DNA from: Planctomycetota bacterium
GTDB taxonomy: Bacteria; Planctomycetota; B15-G4; JADJEK01
Assembly: GCA_044225365.1 (NCBI GenBank)
Contig: JBGAIQ010000005.1
Span: 1-64,000, forward strand
Direction of reading: 5' to 3'
DNA length: 64,000 nucleotides
The notes under the pieces are model-generated. The model was not told where the DNA came from. It ran no database searches and was given only the letters and a program-made list of their open reading frames with translations. This document shows positions 19,196 to 30,159 of the stretch, in pieces; positions within the stretch are counted from its first letter, which is position 1, and every line of letters begins with the position of its first letter. A program made the position numbers and the translations under genes.

Positions 19196-20311
19196 TCAGC
19201 GGGTTACGAGAAGCATTGTCGCGAGCTGAGGGAGCCCCGCGAGACTGCTCGAGTCGACCGGCGAACTCGACATCGTGCCCTGCTTCTTGTCGACCGCGAA
19301 CGTGCGCACTACGGCGGAGGCCTCGGACGCGATGAGGAGCACCGAGTCGTTCTTCGCGAGCGTCATGAACTTCGGACTCGAGATTCCCGATGACCCAGCA
19401 GGGCCGTTCGAGATGCAGCGCAGCCGTCCGCCCGCTTCGACCTTGTAGAAACGGACATCGCTCAGTTGATCGGTGTCTTCGGCATCCGCCGCCACGATCA
19501 GCTTCTTGCCAGCGGCGATGATCGAATCGTGCGTCGTCGAGGTACTGATCGGCGTGAGGCCGGTGAAGATGAGCGCACCCGTCGCAGGATTGCGCTGAAC
19601 CTGCTGGACGTAGGCCATCGTGTTCGTATTCGTGTAGAGCGTGGATCCGTCCAGCGACGCCGCGATCTGCCAGCAGCGCTCCTCGGGCCGCACGTGATTG
19701 GAGCCGTTCGACGGATCCGAGAGGGATCCGTCATCGTCCACGGTGTACGTGCTCACGAACTGATTCCCGTACTCAGCGGAGTGCAGGAAGGTCCCGACCG
19801 CGACGAGATCGCACGGATTCGTGTGGGTCGCGAACGGAAATCCGGGCAGCCCCGTCAGCGTGCCGTCCGCAGCGAGTTGGTATCCGTAGAGTCGACCAGG
19901 CGAGTCGCACCCGGCGTACACGAAAGTCTTGTTGCCCTTCTCGACCACTTCGACGCAGTCGACCCTCGACCCTTGAAACGGCAGGAGACTCGGCGGACCG
20001 AGACTGCCGTCGGCGGCGACCTTCAACGTCACGAGTTGGCCCGCGAGTCCGACGACGAGGACCTTCTGCTTCTTCGCGTAGGACAGCACAGGGCGCTCCG
20101 CGGTCCAACCCTCCACGACCTCGCTCGGAAGCGTCGTGGTCGTGATGTCGGTGAGCGCGCCGCCGTCTTCCAATCGATAGCTGCGCAACTTGGGTGTCGC
20201 GCCGCGCGACAGGAGGTAGACGTAGTCGTGCGTCGCGGTCGCCGCGGTCGCGGAGTCGTCGAATCCGATCGAGGCGAAGAACAGCAGACCGGAAAGAACG
20301 AAAGTACGCAT
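19196..20311 (-). CDS. Secreted lactonase-like 7-bladed beta-propeller protein
   Basis: Signal peptide; repeated Y-x-[VL]-x-x-DG-[ST]-L units (LAADGTLTGLPGFPF). Confidence 0.7.
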   Translation of the reverse strand: MRTFVLSGLLFFASIGFDDSATAATATHDYVYLLSRGATPKLRSYRLEDGGALTDITTTTLPSEVVEGWTAERPVLSYAKKQKVLVVGLAGQLVTLKVAADGSLGPPSLLPFQGSRVDCVEVVEKGNKTFVYAGCDSPGRLYGYQLAADGTLTGLPGFPFATHTNPCDLVAVGTFLHSAEYGNQFVSTYTVDDDGSLSDPSNGSNHVRPEERCWQIAASLDGSTLYTNTNTMAYVQQVQRNPATGALIFTGLTPISTSTTHDSIIAAGKKLIVAADAEDTDQLSDVRFYKVEAGGRLRCISNGPAGSSGISSPKFMTLAKNDSVLLIASEASAVVRTFAVDKKQGTMSSSPVDSSSLAGLPQLATMLLVTR

Positions 20312-20718
20312 GGCGAAGTTCCTGCTGGAGTGTCGGGTTCCCACAGGGAATCCTTGCGCCACCTGCTGACGGCCCGCGGAAAACCAAAAAAGTTGGATCT
20401 CGACATGCGCGATACGGGGCGCCCTCGCTCGCCGAGCCCACCCACCCCCATCGTTCGGCGGGCGAAGCGCGTGCGGGTCCTACGGATTCGCCAAGGGGCC
20501 ATTCGCCGAGGGTTGGCAGGATCTCGCTGACGCATTCCTGGCTCACGAGCCGCGAAATCGCAGCATCCCCGGCCCCTTCGGGGATCGTCGCGGCCGGCCT
20601 CATGAGTTGCGCCCCTTCTATCCGAAGTTATAGTTCAATGTTCGTTCACGCTGGGTTGTCGGCGCAGATCGCTTCGGTACGCGCGACCTCACCTCGGAAA
20701 GCCAACCAGGACATCGCG

Positions 20719-22275
20719 ATGCGCATTCTCTTCATCGAGGAATTCCTGCCCCAGGAAATGCTCGGGATCATGTACTTGTCCCGCGCCCTGAAGAACGCTG
20801 GCCACGACACCAAGTGCCTGCTCCTCCCCGACAAGGAGTGGGTCGAGAAGATGAAGGCGTACGACCCGCAGGTCATCGCCTTCTCCTACACGACGGGACT
20901 CCATGGCTACTGCATGGACCTCACGCGGCAGGTAAAGAAGCACCTCCCGAACGTCTTCGTCGTCCATGGCGGTCCACACCCGACCTTCGTCCCCGAGTTC
21001 ATCAACGAGGGGCCGTGCGACGCTTTCTGCCGCGGCGAAGGCGAAGTCGCGATCGTCGATCTCGTGAACCGGATCGAGAAGGGCATGCCTTATCTCGACA
21101 CTCCGAACTTCGTCTTCAAGAACAACGACGGCAAGGGCGGACTCATCAAGAACCCCCAGCGCCCGCTCATGACGTCGGCCGAGCTCGAAACGCTGGGCTT
21201 CCCCGATCGCGAAGTGATCTACGACGCCGGACCGCTCTATGCCCAGAGCTTCCGCAAGGTCTTCGTGTCGATGCGCGGTTGCCCGATGGATTGCACGTTC
21301 TGCTTCCATCACGCCTGGCGCAAGAAGGTCTATGGCATCAACAAGGTCGAGTACACCCGCAAGCGCTCCGTCCAGCACATGATCGACGAGGCGCTGGCGG
21401 TGAAGGCGAAGTATCCCCTGCGCATGGCGCACTTCGTCGACGACATCTTCAATCTGAAGATGGAATGGCTCGAAGAGTTCGCCGAGCGCTGGCCGAAGGA
21501 AGTCGGTTTGCCCTTCGACTGCATCCTCATGGCGAACATGGTGCAGGAGAAGCACATCCAGCTCCTCAAGAAGGCGGGCTGCATCTACGCCCGCATCGCG
21601 ATCGAGGCAGCGAACGACCACATCCGCAATCAGGTCTACAAGAAGAACACGACGCGCCAACAGTTGTTGAATGCCGCGAACTGGATCAAGCAGTACGGCA
21701 TCCGCGTCGGCTCACTGAACATGATCGGCGCGCCGGGTTCGACGATCGAGGACGAGTTCGAGACGCTGCAGCTCAACATCGACTGCAAGATCGACCATCC
21801 GCTCGTGTCGCTGCTCCAGCCCTATCCGATGACGGACATCAACGAAATGACGTCCGAGATGGGATACGCGACGGACGCGTGGGACAAGTTCAGCACCAAA
21901 TTCAATCGCACGACTCCCATCAGCTTCCAGAACCGCCATGAATTCGAGAACTTCCACAAGCTGTTCCCGATCGCGGTGCGGAACGCGTGGCTCGTGCCGC
22001 ACATGAAGAAGTTGATCAAGCTGAAGTGGATGCACCCGGTCTTCACCGTGATGTACATGCTGCACTCGGAGATCCTCGTCTCCGAGCAGAACAAGCTCTA
22101 CAACGACGCGCAGGGCTTCACCGGGTTCTCGAACTGGTTCTGGGTCGACTTCACGAAGCGCGTCGCCGTGAAGGGCGTCATCCGCGTCTACGAGACGATC
22201 TTCGGCAAGATCTCGGCCCGCCTCGCTGCGGCGCAGAAGATGGGCGACGAGCGCACCGTCGCTCACATGGACTGA
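20719..22275 (+). CDS. B12-binding domain radical SAM protein (class B-like)
   Basis: GGPHPT and RGEGE (B12-binding domain); RGCPMDCTFC; FVDDIF. Confidence 0.92.
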   Translation: MRILFIEEFLPQEMLGIMYLSRALKNAGHDTKCLLLPDKEWVEKMKAYDPQVIAFSYTTGLHGYCMDLTRQVKKHLPNVFVVHGGPHPTFVPEFINEGPCDAFCRGEGEVAIVDLVNRIEKGMPYLDTPNFVFKNNDGKGGLIKNPQRPLMTSAELETLGFPDREVIYDAGPLYAQSFRKVFVSMRGCPMDCTFCFHHAWRKKVYGINKVEYTRKRSVQHMIDEALAVKAKYPLRMAHFVDDIFNLKMEWLEEFAERWPKEVGLPFDCILMANMVQEKHIQLLKKAGCIYARIAIEAANDHIRNQVYKKNTTRQQLLNAANWIKQYGIRVGSLNMIGAPGSTIEDEFETLQLNIDCKIDHPLVSLLQPYPMTDINEMTSEMGYATDAWDKFSTKFNRTTPISFQNRHEFENFHKLFPIAVRNAWLVPHMKKLIKLKWMHPVFTVMYMLHSEILVSEQNKLYNDAQGFTGFSNWFWVDFTKRVAVKGVIRVYETIFGKISARLAAAQKMGDERTVAHMD

Positions 22276-22375
22276 AGTCGTAACGAGCATCTCGCACTCG
22301 AAGCGGGCGGTGACCGGATCGACCGGTCGCCGCCCGTTTCGCTCGAATGCGGGCCCGTTCCCAGCGGCAGCGGGC

Positions 22376-22499
22376 AAAGTAACTCGGGCGCCCCGGTGGA
22401 GACGCGGCGCCCGAGTTCGTTCACGAAAAGGGAGTCGGCGGAGCCGGGCGAGCGAGCGACGAGAAGACCGCCGCGCGCTTCGAACCGGCGCGCCATCGA
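22376..22499 (-). ncRNA. Candidate sigma-54-dependent small RNA
   Basis: Lies downstream of a -24/-12 promoter with no convincing CDS; ends in a 12-bp perfect hairpin (22381-22417) followed by ACTTT on the minus strand. Confidence 0.4.
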
Positions 22500-22508
22500 A
22501 CCCGAGCG

Positions 22509-22525
22509 ATGCATGCTCCGTGCCA
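22509..22525 (-). promoter_or_regulatory. Sigma-54 (-24/-12) promoter
   Basis: Minus strand TGGCACG-GAGC-ATGCAT versus consensus TGGCACG-N4-TTGCW. Confidence 0.7.
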
Positions 22526-22602
22526 TGCTGAGGCCGCGAGGTTTCGTCTCCCCAGCGGAGCTTCAGGGGCGTTTGCCGGCAGATGGACCGCCTGCGAGAC
22601 GA

Positions 22603-22646
22603 AGTGCGAAACGATTCTCCCCGCGGGTGGAAAACTGTTTTCCACC
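22603..22646. promoter_or_regulatory. Tandem dyads, putative enhancer (UAS) for the sigma-54 activator
   Basis: Perfect palindrome GGTGGAAAAC-T-GTTTTCCACC (22626-22646) plus a degenerate copy (22603-22623), offset by 23 bp and 80-120 bp upstream of the -24 box. Confidence 0.55.
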
Positions 22647-22654
22647 GCATTCGA

Positions 22655-24118
<1,464 letters not shown>

Positions 24119-24327
24119 GAATCCGCTCTACCCCGACGTCGCTCGCGAATCCCGCGCATCGTGGCGAGGTCGCTGCCGTTCGTCGCTCCATGGCCGTCAC
24201 CGAGAGGACGACTCTATCGCTCCTTCACGCCGATTCGACCCCACGTCCGCCAGCAGAAACGAAAAAGACGAGCGGATTCGACGGCCTCGAATCCGCTCCG
24301 TACCGCTCCTTGCCAAATCGCTCCGGC

Positions 24328-26031
24328 TCAGTCCGAGCTGACGACGAGGTCGAGTTCGTTGCTGAGCGCGACTCCGTGGGCGGCGGACGGGTCGAGGACG
24401 GCGACCTGGAGATGCAGGGTCAGATCCGGTAGGTGCCCCAGGTTCTTTCCCGGCAGCGTCGCCTTACCAGAACCCGGGATCGCGAGCGATCCATGGAGCA
24501 GAACGGGGATCTGGAACGAGGGCTGAGAGAGATCGAGATGGAAACCGGGGAGGATGCCGGGAAGTTCGGCGGACGCGACGATGAGGATCGCGGGCGCAGC
24601 CGCGAGCCCCTGCGAGATCTGGATCGCGTAACCCGAGTCGATGCACTCTCCCGAATCCCCCGTCAGCAGCGGAGTGATTCCGGATGAACCCACGATGCCG
24701 GGCGCGCCCGATTCGAACGTGCACCACCGATTGGCGACGAGGAAGACATCACCCTTCAAATTGGTGTCGCCCGGAACGAGGTTGTTCGCGAGGCTAAAGA
24801 ACCCGAAGTAGCGCCCGTCCTCCGAAACAGCGGCGAGCACGCTGCTCCCGTTGCCCTGCACCCCTGCATTGCTCTTGCTCACTCTCTTGGTGGCGCCGAG
24901 AACCAGATCACGCACGTAGATGTCCTGGATCGGTCCATTCGCGTCGGTTCCGTCGAGGGTCGTGCCCTTGCTCTCGAAGAGCACGTAGCGACCGTCGTTC
25001 GAGACGACGGGGCGGATGCTGTCGCCATTGCTCTCCGTTCCATCCGTCGCGACGCTCACGCGCACGGTCGTCTGCGCGAGCATGTCGCGCAGAAAGCAGT
25101 CGCTCTTCGCATTCGAGTCGCCGGCGACGAGGTTCGTGGCGTTGCTGGAGAACGCGACGAAACGGCCGTCGCTCGAGATGAGGTCGACGCCGTCCGACAC
25201 CGAGGCGGCATTCCCGGCGACTCCCGCGGACGAGACGCTCACGATCTCGATCGCTCCCGTCGTGAGATCGGCGCGGAACATGTCGGAGATCGGTCCGTTC
25301 GCATCGTTCGCGACGAGATTCGTGGCGTTGCTGTAGAACGCGACGTAGCGGCCGTCGCCCGAGATCGCGGGAAGGCTGCTGCTGCCGTTCGCGAGCACTC
25401 CTCCCAGGCCGACGCTCACCCGCCGCGTCGTCTTCAGTTGTCGATCCCGCACGTAGATGTCGACGACGGGATTCTGCGTGATCGGCCCCGCCGCGAGGTT
25501 GTTCGCGTTCGACTGGAACACCACGAAGCGTCCGTCCGCCGAGATCGTCGGGAACGAGCAGGCACCGTTCGCGAATCCTTCGGAATCCGTGAGGCTCGCC
25601 AGCTCCTTCGTCCCGAGGACCCGGTCGTAGACGAACACGTCCTGCAGTGGATTCGAATCGACCGCGACGATCGCCGAATCCCACGACGAGAAGCAGACGA
25701 ATCGACCGTCCGGGGTGATCGTCGGGCACGAGCTGAAGAAATCGCCGTTCAACGGCGAACCCGAGTAGGCGTCCGACAGGCACACGATCGTCTGCTGATT
25801 GCGATCGAAGAGGAAGACGTCGTTCGAGATGCTGCCCGCTTGCCCCGGGGTGAGGTTGCTCGAGGCGCTGTCGAACACGATGTAGCGCCCGTCCGCGGAC
25901 ATGCTGACGATGCCACCGGCGTCCCCGTTGCCGTTGAGATTGGTGGGCCCGCCGGAGACTTTCGTGATCCCGGCGTGAACGAGGGGAAGCGATGCGAAAC
26001 CGAGGACGACGATCGCGGCGAGAGTGCGCAT
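24328..26031 (-). CDS. Secreted TolB-like (PD40-type) beta-propeller protein with shared C-terminal domain
   Basis: Signal peptide; about 7 repeats of [IM]SADGR[YF]V.F.S.A.NL; C-terminal LQVAVLDP...LSNELDL. Confidence 0.85.
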   Translation of the reverse strand: MRTLAAIVVLGFASLPLVHAGITKVSGGPTNLNGNGDAGGIVSMSADGRYIVFDSASSNLTPGQAGSISNDVFLFDRNQQTIVCLSDAYSGSPLNGDFFSSCPTITPDGRFVCFSSWDSAIVAVDSNPLQDVFVYDRVLGTKELASLTDSEGFANGACSFPTISADGRFVVFQSNANNLAAGPITQNPVVDIYVRDRQLKTTRRVSVGLGGVLANGSSSLPAISGDGRYVAFYSNATNLVANDANGPISDMFRADLTTGAIEIVSVSSAGVAGNAASVSDGVDLISSDGRFVAFSSNATNLVAGDSNAKSDCFLRDMLAQTTVRVSVATDGTESNGDSIRPVVSNDGRYVLFESKGTTLDGTDANGPIQDIYVRDLVLGATKRVSKSNAGVQGNGSSVLAAVSEDGRYFGFFSLANNLVPGDTNLKGDVFLVANRWCTFESGAPGIVGSSGITPLLTGDSGECIDSGYAIQISQGLAAAPAILIVASAELPGILPGFHLDLSQPSFQIPVLLHGSLAIPGSGKATLPGKNLGHLPDLTLHLQVAVLDPSAAHGVALSNELDLVVSSD

Positions 26032-26145
26032 GGCACGGCTCCTACTTCGAGTTCGGGAACGATGGTTCCATCCCGTCGCCCTTCGATTCGATGCCGAGAA
26101 AAAGCGCTTGGACCCAGGATTGAACCACGGAATCGGCATCGCCCG

Positions 26146-27306
26146 TCATCCGCTCATGGCCTGAGCGATCGAAGCCAAGGCCGACACGATGGCGTCGACG
26201 TCGTCCTCGGTCGACGTCATCCCGAACGACGCGCGCACGGCGCCGCCCTCGAACGTCCCGATCGCGCGATGCGCGAGCGGCGCGCAGTGCAGACCGGCGC
26301 GCACCTCGATCCCGAATGCACTGTCGAGGACGAGTGCGAGCTCGTGCGGATCGAGCCCGGGAATGCGAAGCGGGAATACGGCCTCGCGCGCGCGCATCGA
26401 CGTCGGCCCGAAGACCTCGACCCTTCCGACGGCACGAATCCGCTCGAGGAAGCGCTCGCCGAGCATCGCCTTGTGCGCGGCGATGGCGTCGATCCCGCGC
26501 GCGAGCAACACGTCGAGAGCCGCGTCGAGACCGGCGATCCCAGGCGTGTTCGCCGATCCCGATTCGTGGCGATCGGGCCAGCTCGACGGCTGACGATCGT
26601 CCTCCGAATGCGTGCCCGTTCCGCCTTCGCGCACGGGCGCGAGATCGACGTGCGGCGCGACCCACAATGCTCCCGTTCCGAGCGGTCCGAGCAGCCCTTT
26701 GTGACCCGCGAATGCGACGAGATCGGCGCCGAGTTCGGCGGGATCCACGGCGCGTGTCCCCATGGTCTGCGCCGCGTCGACGAGCACGAGCGCACCGACT
26801 CGATGCGCGAGCGCGGCGGCTTCGGCGACCGGTTGGATCGCGCCCGTCACGTTCGATGCGTGTTGGATCGCGAGCAGTCTCGTGCCCGGCACGAGCGCCG
26901 TGCGCAACTCCGAGAGTTGCACGACGCCCTCCGCATCCGCAGCGACTCGCACGACGACGCCGCCTCGAGTTTCGTGCGAGCGCAGCGGACGAAGCACCGA
27001 GTTGTGCTCCATCACCGTCGTGACCACGCGATCCCCAGGCTTCAAGATGCCGAGGAAGGCGAGATGCAACGCGTCCGTCGCGTTGAGCGTGAAGACGATC
27101 CGGTTGGGATCCTCGACGTGCAGCAGACGCGCGAGTTTGCCGCGAGCCTCCGCAACCACTCGCCCAGCCTCCACGGCGCGAGCCGATGCCCCGCGCCCGG
27201 CCGCAACCCCCACATCGGTCAGATACCGGGTCATCGCCCGCGTGACCTCCTCCGGCTTCGGGAAGGATGTCGCGGCATGGTCGAGATAACGTCGTGGCAC
27301 GATCAT
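26146..27306 (-). CDS. Class V PLP aminotransferase, cysteine desulfurase family
   Basis: YLDHAATS, EHNS, HASNVTG, DAAQ, GHKGLLGP and RAGLHCAP. Confidence 0.92.
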   Translation of the reverse strand: MIVPRRYLDHAATSFPKPEEVTRAMTRYLTDVGVAAGRGASARAVEAGRVVAEARGKLARLLHVEDPNRIVFTLNATDALHLAFLGILKPGDRVVTTVMEHNSVLRPLRSHETRGGVVVRVAADAEGVVQLSELRTALVPGTRLLAIQHASNVTGAIQPVAEAAALAHRVGALVLVDAAQTMGTRAVDPAELGADLVAFAGHKGLLGPLGTGALWVAPHVDLAPVREGGTGTHSEDDRQPSSWPDRHESGSANTPGIAGLDAALDVLLARGIDAIAAHKAMLGERFLERIRAVGRVEVFGPTSMRAREAVFPLRIPGLDPHELALVLDSAFGIEVRAGLHCAPLAHRAIGTFEGGAVRASFGMTSTEDDVDAIVSALASIAQAMSG

Positions 27307-27470
27307 CGCGTTCCGGACTCCTGTCGTTCCGGTGACCTTCCAGTCGCAGGCGAACCTTCGAAATCGCAGCGCGCGAACTCGATGGCCGCCCTATACTCTT
27401 GCGAATCGCGATGACACCGGCCAGTCATCGGTCCCCACATTTCGCCATCGTATCCAACAGGACCCCACCC

Positions 27471-28979
27471 ATGTTGAAGTTCGCCCTCGGCCTCGCCGCG
27501 TCCATCGCGGCGCTCGCTTCTCCCACTGCCTCGGCCGCAGATTTCACTCTCTCGAAGGTCGGCGGCGGCATGTCGCAGCTCACCACAATGAAGCTCGCCG
27601 GGGATCCGAATCTCCACTACATCCTCCTGTTCTCGATCAACGAAGCGACGACGCCGATCAATGCGCAGGTCACGCTCGAGATCCCGCTCACGTTCCTGAA
27701 CCTCGCCGTCGCGATTCCCGGGTTTGCGGGAACCTTGAACGGTGCGGGCACCGCGAGCGCGTCGTTCATCATCCCGAACGATCCCGTCATCGATCCACTC
27801 ACGATCTCCTTCCAGGCGATCGGCGGCGTGACCGGGATCGGGCAGGCCACGAACCTCGTGCGCGTCACTCCCGCCGCGCCGGGCACCTTCGAAGCCACGC
27901 TCACCGACGCCACGCTGCCGGTCGCCGGCGGCGCGGTGGTCGAGAAGAGCGATTCGAGCGTCCTCCTCGTCGGCGGATCGGGACCGGTCTTCCAGAGCTA
28001 CAACGGCAATCGCGAAGAGTTCGCGCTCGGCGGACCGGCGTTCGGCGTCGGTTTCCTCGGACAGTCGACCGCGCTCGCCGACGGCCGCATCCTCTTCACG
28101 GGCGGCATCGGCGCCGATGGGCAGCCGACGGATGCCGCGGCCATCTTCGATCCTGTCGCGCTCACCACGACGAATCTCACGATGAACGCGAAGCGCGCGG
28201 GCCACGGCGCGTCGCTGATGAATGACGGTCGAATCCTGATCACCGGCGGCTTCTCCACGTTCACGCTGACCGACCTGCTCACGTTCCTCCAGGGCGTGCA
28301 AGGCTCGACCGAGATCTTCGATCCCAACACCAACGCGTTCTCGAACGGCCCTACGCTGCTCGAACCGCGCGCGCTCCATACCTCGACGACGCTGACCAAC
28401 GGACGTGTCCTCATCGCGGGCGGCCTCACGATCCTGCCAATCGTCAACATCCCGACGGTGTCGAACACGGCCTATGCGTACAACCCGTCGAGCAACTCCT
28501 TCGGCCTTCCGGCGTTCATGAACGGCGGTCGCATGCTGCAGACGGCCGTTCCGCTCACCAATGGCAAGGTCCTCCTCGTCGGTGGGCTCAACGTCGACTT
28601 CAGCCAGGTGCTCGCGACAGGTGACCTCACGCAGCTCGTCGTCGGCACATTGTCCGACTGCCAATTGTTCACCGTCGGATTCCTCGGACTCGGCACGTTC
28701 CAGACCGTCTCCGGAATGAGTTCGCCCCGTGCGGGCGCCGGCGTCGCGCAGTTGCCGAACGGCGAAGCACTGATCTGCGGCGGCTTCACTCTCGATCTGT
28801 CGGCGGCGACGATCGGAGTCACTCCGCTCGCCACGGCGGATCGCTACGCGAGCTCCGGAATCACCACCACGGGTTCGATGCTGAACGCGCGGTCGTTCCC
28901 CGTCCTCGAGCCGCTCAACGACGGAACGGTCCTCGTCGTCGGCGGCGGTCCGCTCGGCAGCGAGATCTATCAGCCGTGA
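27471..28979 (+). CDS. Secreted kelch/galactose-oxidase-type propeller protein
   Basis: Signal peptide; repeated L.[DN]GR[IV]L..GG and R.GH.A motifs. Confidence 0.85.
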   Translation: MLKFALGLAASIAALASPTASAADFTLSKVGGGMSQLTTMKLAGDPNLHYILLFSINEATTPINAQVTLEIPLTFLNLAVAIPGFAGTLNGAGTASASFIIPNDPVIDPLTISFQAIGGVTGIGQATNLVRVTPAAPGTFEATLTDATLPVAGGAVVEKSDSSVLLVGGSGPVFQSYNGNREEFALGGPAFGVGFLGQSTALADGRILFTGGIGADGQPTDAAAIFDPVALTTTNLTMNAKRAGHGASLMNDGRILITGGFSTFTLTDLLTFLQGVQGSTEIFDPNTNAFSNGPTLLEPRALHTSTTLTNGRVLIAGGLTILPIVNIPTVSNTAYAYNPSSNSFGLPAFMNGGRMLQTAVPLTNGKVLLVGGLNVDFSQVLATGDLTQLVVGTLSDCQLFTVGFLGLGTFQTVSGMSSPRAGAGVAQLPNGEALICGGFTLDLSAATIGVTPLATADRYASSGITTTGSMLNARSFPVLEPLNDGTVLVVGGGPLGSEIYQP

Positions 28980-29006
28980 CCCCGCCCTGATTCCAATGGT
29001 GCGCAG

Positions 29007-29050
29007 GGAAGGAGCGGAGCGACGCCATCGAGCAACGCTCCGCTCCTTCC
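29007..29050. terminator. Hairpin after the kelch gene
   Basis: 15-bp stem GGAAGGAGCGGAGCG / CGCTCCGCTCCTTCC. Confidence 0.55.
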
Positions 29051-29095
29051 ATTGACGAGTGGCCAACGGCGGTGCCCCCCTCTACGATCGGCGCC

Positions 29096-29413
29096 ATGTT
29101 CCTCGCCACCGTCATCGGGACCGTCGTCACGCCGATCCAGCATCCGTTCTACGACGGCAAGAAACTCATGCTCGTGAGGGCCGAGCGGCCGGACGATGGC
29201 AAGCCTTCGCACGAAGGCGTCGTTCTCGCGGTCGACCGCGTGGGCGCCGGGATCGGCGAGAAGGTCCTCGTCCTGAAAGAAGGCAGCAGCGCACGCTCTC
29301 TGTTCGAGAATGACCGCGCTCCGGTGCGAACGGTGATCGTCGGAATCGTCGACGAGGTCGAGGTCGAAGGCGAGAGGACGTTCTTCGCCGGGGATGGAGG
29401 CACAGCGCGATGA
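29096..29413 (+). CDS. eutN: EutN/CcmL bacterial microcompartment vertex (BMC-P) protein
   Basis: MFLATVIGTVV, AVDRVGAGIGEKVL and IVGIVDEV. Confidence 0.9.
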   Translation: MFLATVIGTVVTPIQHPFYDGKKLMLVRAERPDDGKPSHEGVVLAVDRVGAGIGEKVLVLKEGSSARSLFENDRAPVRTVIVGIVDEVEVEGERTFFAGDGGTAR

Positions 29414-30135
29414 CGGGTACGGACGAGCGCTCGCTCCAAACGCTGAAGCGGCAGATCACGGAGATCGCGCGGTTGTGTTGGGACCGCGGCTACATCGGCG
29501 CGATCGACGGCAACATCTCCGTGAAGCTCGACGATGGGACTCTGCTCATCACGCCGTCGGGCACGATCAAGTTCCTCATCGAACCCGACATGATCGTGAG
29601 GACCGACGCGCAGGGCACGCCGCTCTCCGGCGGACGCGCCTCGACCGAGATCAAGATGCACGTCGCGTGCTACCAAGAGCGCCCCGACATCCGCGCCGTG
29701 GTGCATGCGCACCCGCCCACCGCCGTCGCATTCTCGCTCGCGGGCCTCGACATGATGAAGGCCCTGATCCCCGAACTCATCGTCACGCTCGGCGCGATCC
29801 CGACCGCACCGTACGGGACCCCCGGCACCGAAGAACTGCCCGATTCCGTGCGCGAGTACGTGCGTTGCTCCGACGCGATCATCATGGAGCGGCACGGGGC
29901 GCTCTGCCTCGGCAAGGATCTCCTCGACGCCTACAAGAAGCTGGAACAGATCGAGCACAACGCGAAGATCATCTACATGGCGCATACGCTCGGTCGCGTT
30001 CGCGAATTGCCGCAACCGGAAGTCGAGAAACTCCTCGCGACGCGTTCGCAGCTCGGCATCAAGACGACGAACGTGTACTGCAATCAGTGCGGGCACGAAG
30101 TGAACGGCGGCACGTCCGAGCCGCATCGACCGTGA
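29410..30135 (+). CDS. Class II aldolase/adducin family protein
   Basis: GNISV, ITPSG, STEIKMH, VVHAHPP and ERHG; ATGA overlap with eutN. Confidence 0.92.
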   Translation: MTGTDERSLQTLKRQITEIARLCWDRGYIGAIDGNISVKLDDGTLLITPSGTIKFLIEPDMIVRTDAQGTPLSGGRASTEIKMHVACYQERPDIRAVVHAHPPTAVAFSLAGLDMMKALIPELIVTLGAIPTAPYGTPGTEELPDSVREYVRCSDAIIMERHGALCLGKDLLDAYKKLEQIEHNAKIIYMAHTLGRVRELPQPEVEKLLATRSQLGIKTTNVYCNQCGHEVNGGTSEPHRP

Positions 30136-30159
30136 GTCGGACCACTCCGAAGGGCGGCT

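Noticed and set aside
20345-20361. Sigma-54-like box TGGCGCA-AGGA-TTCC before the lactonase-like gene
   Set aside because: The conserved -12 GC is replaced by CC; too weak to call.
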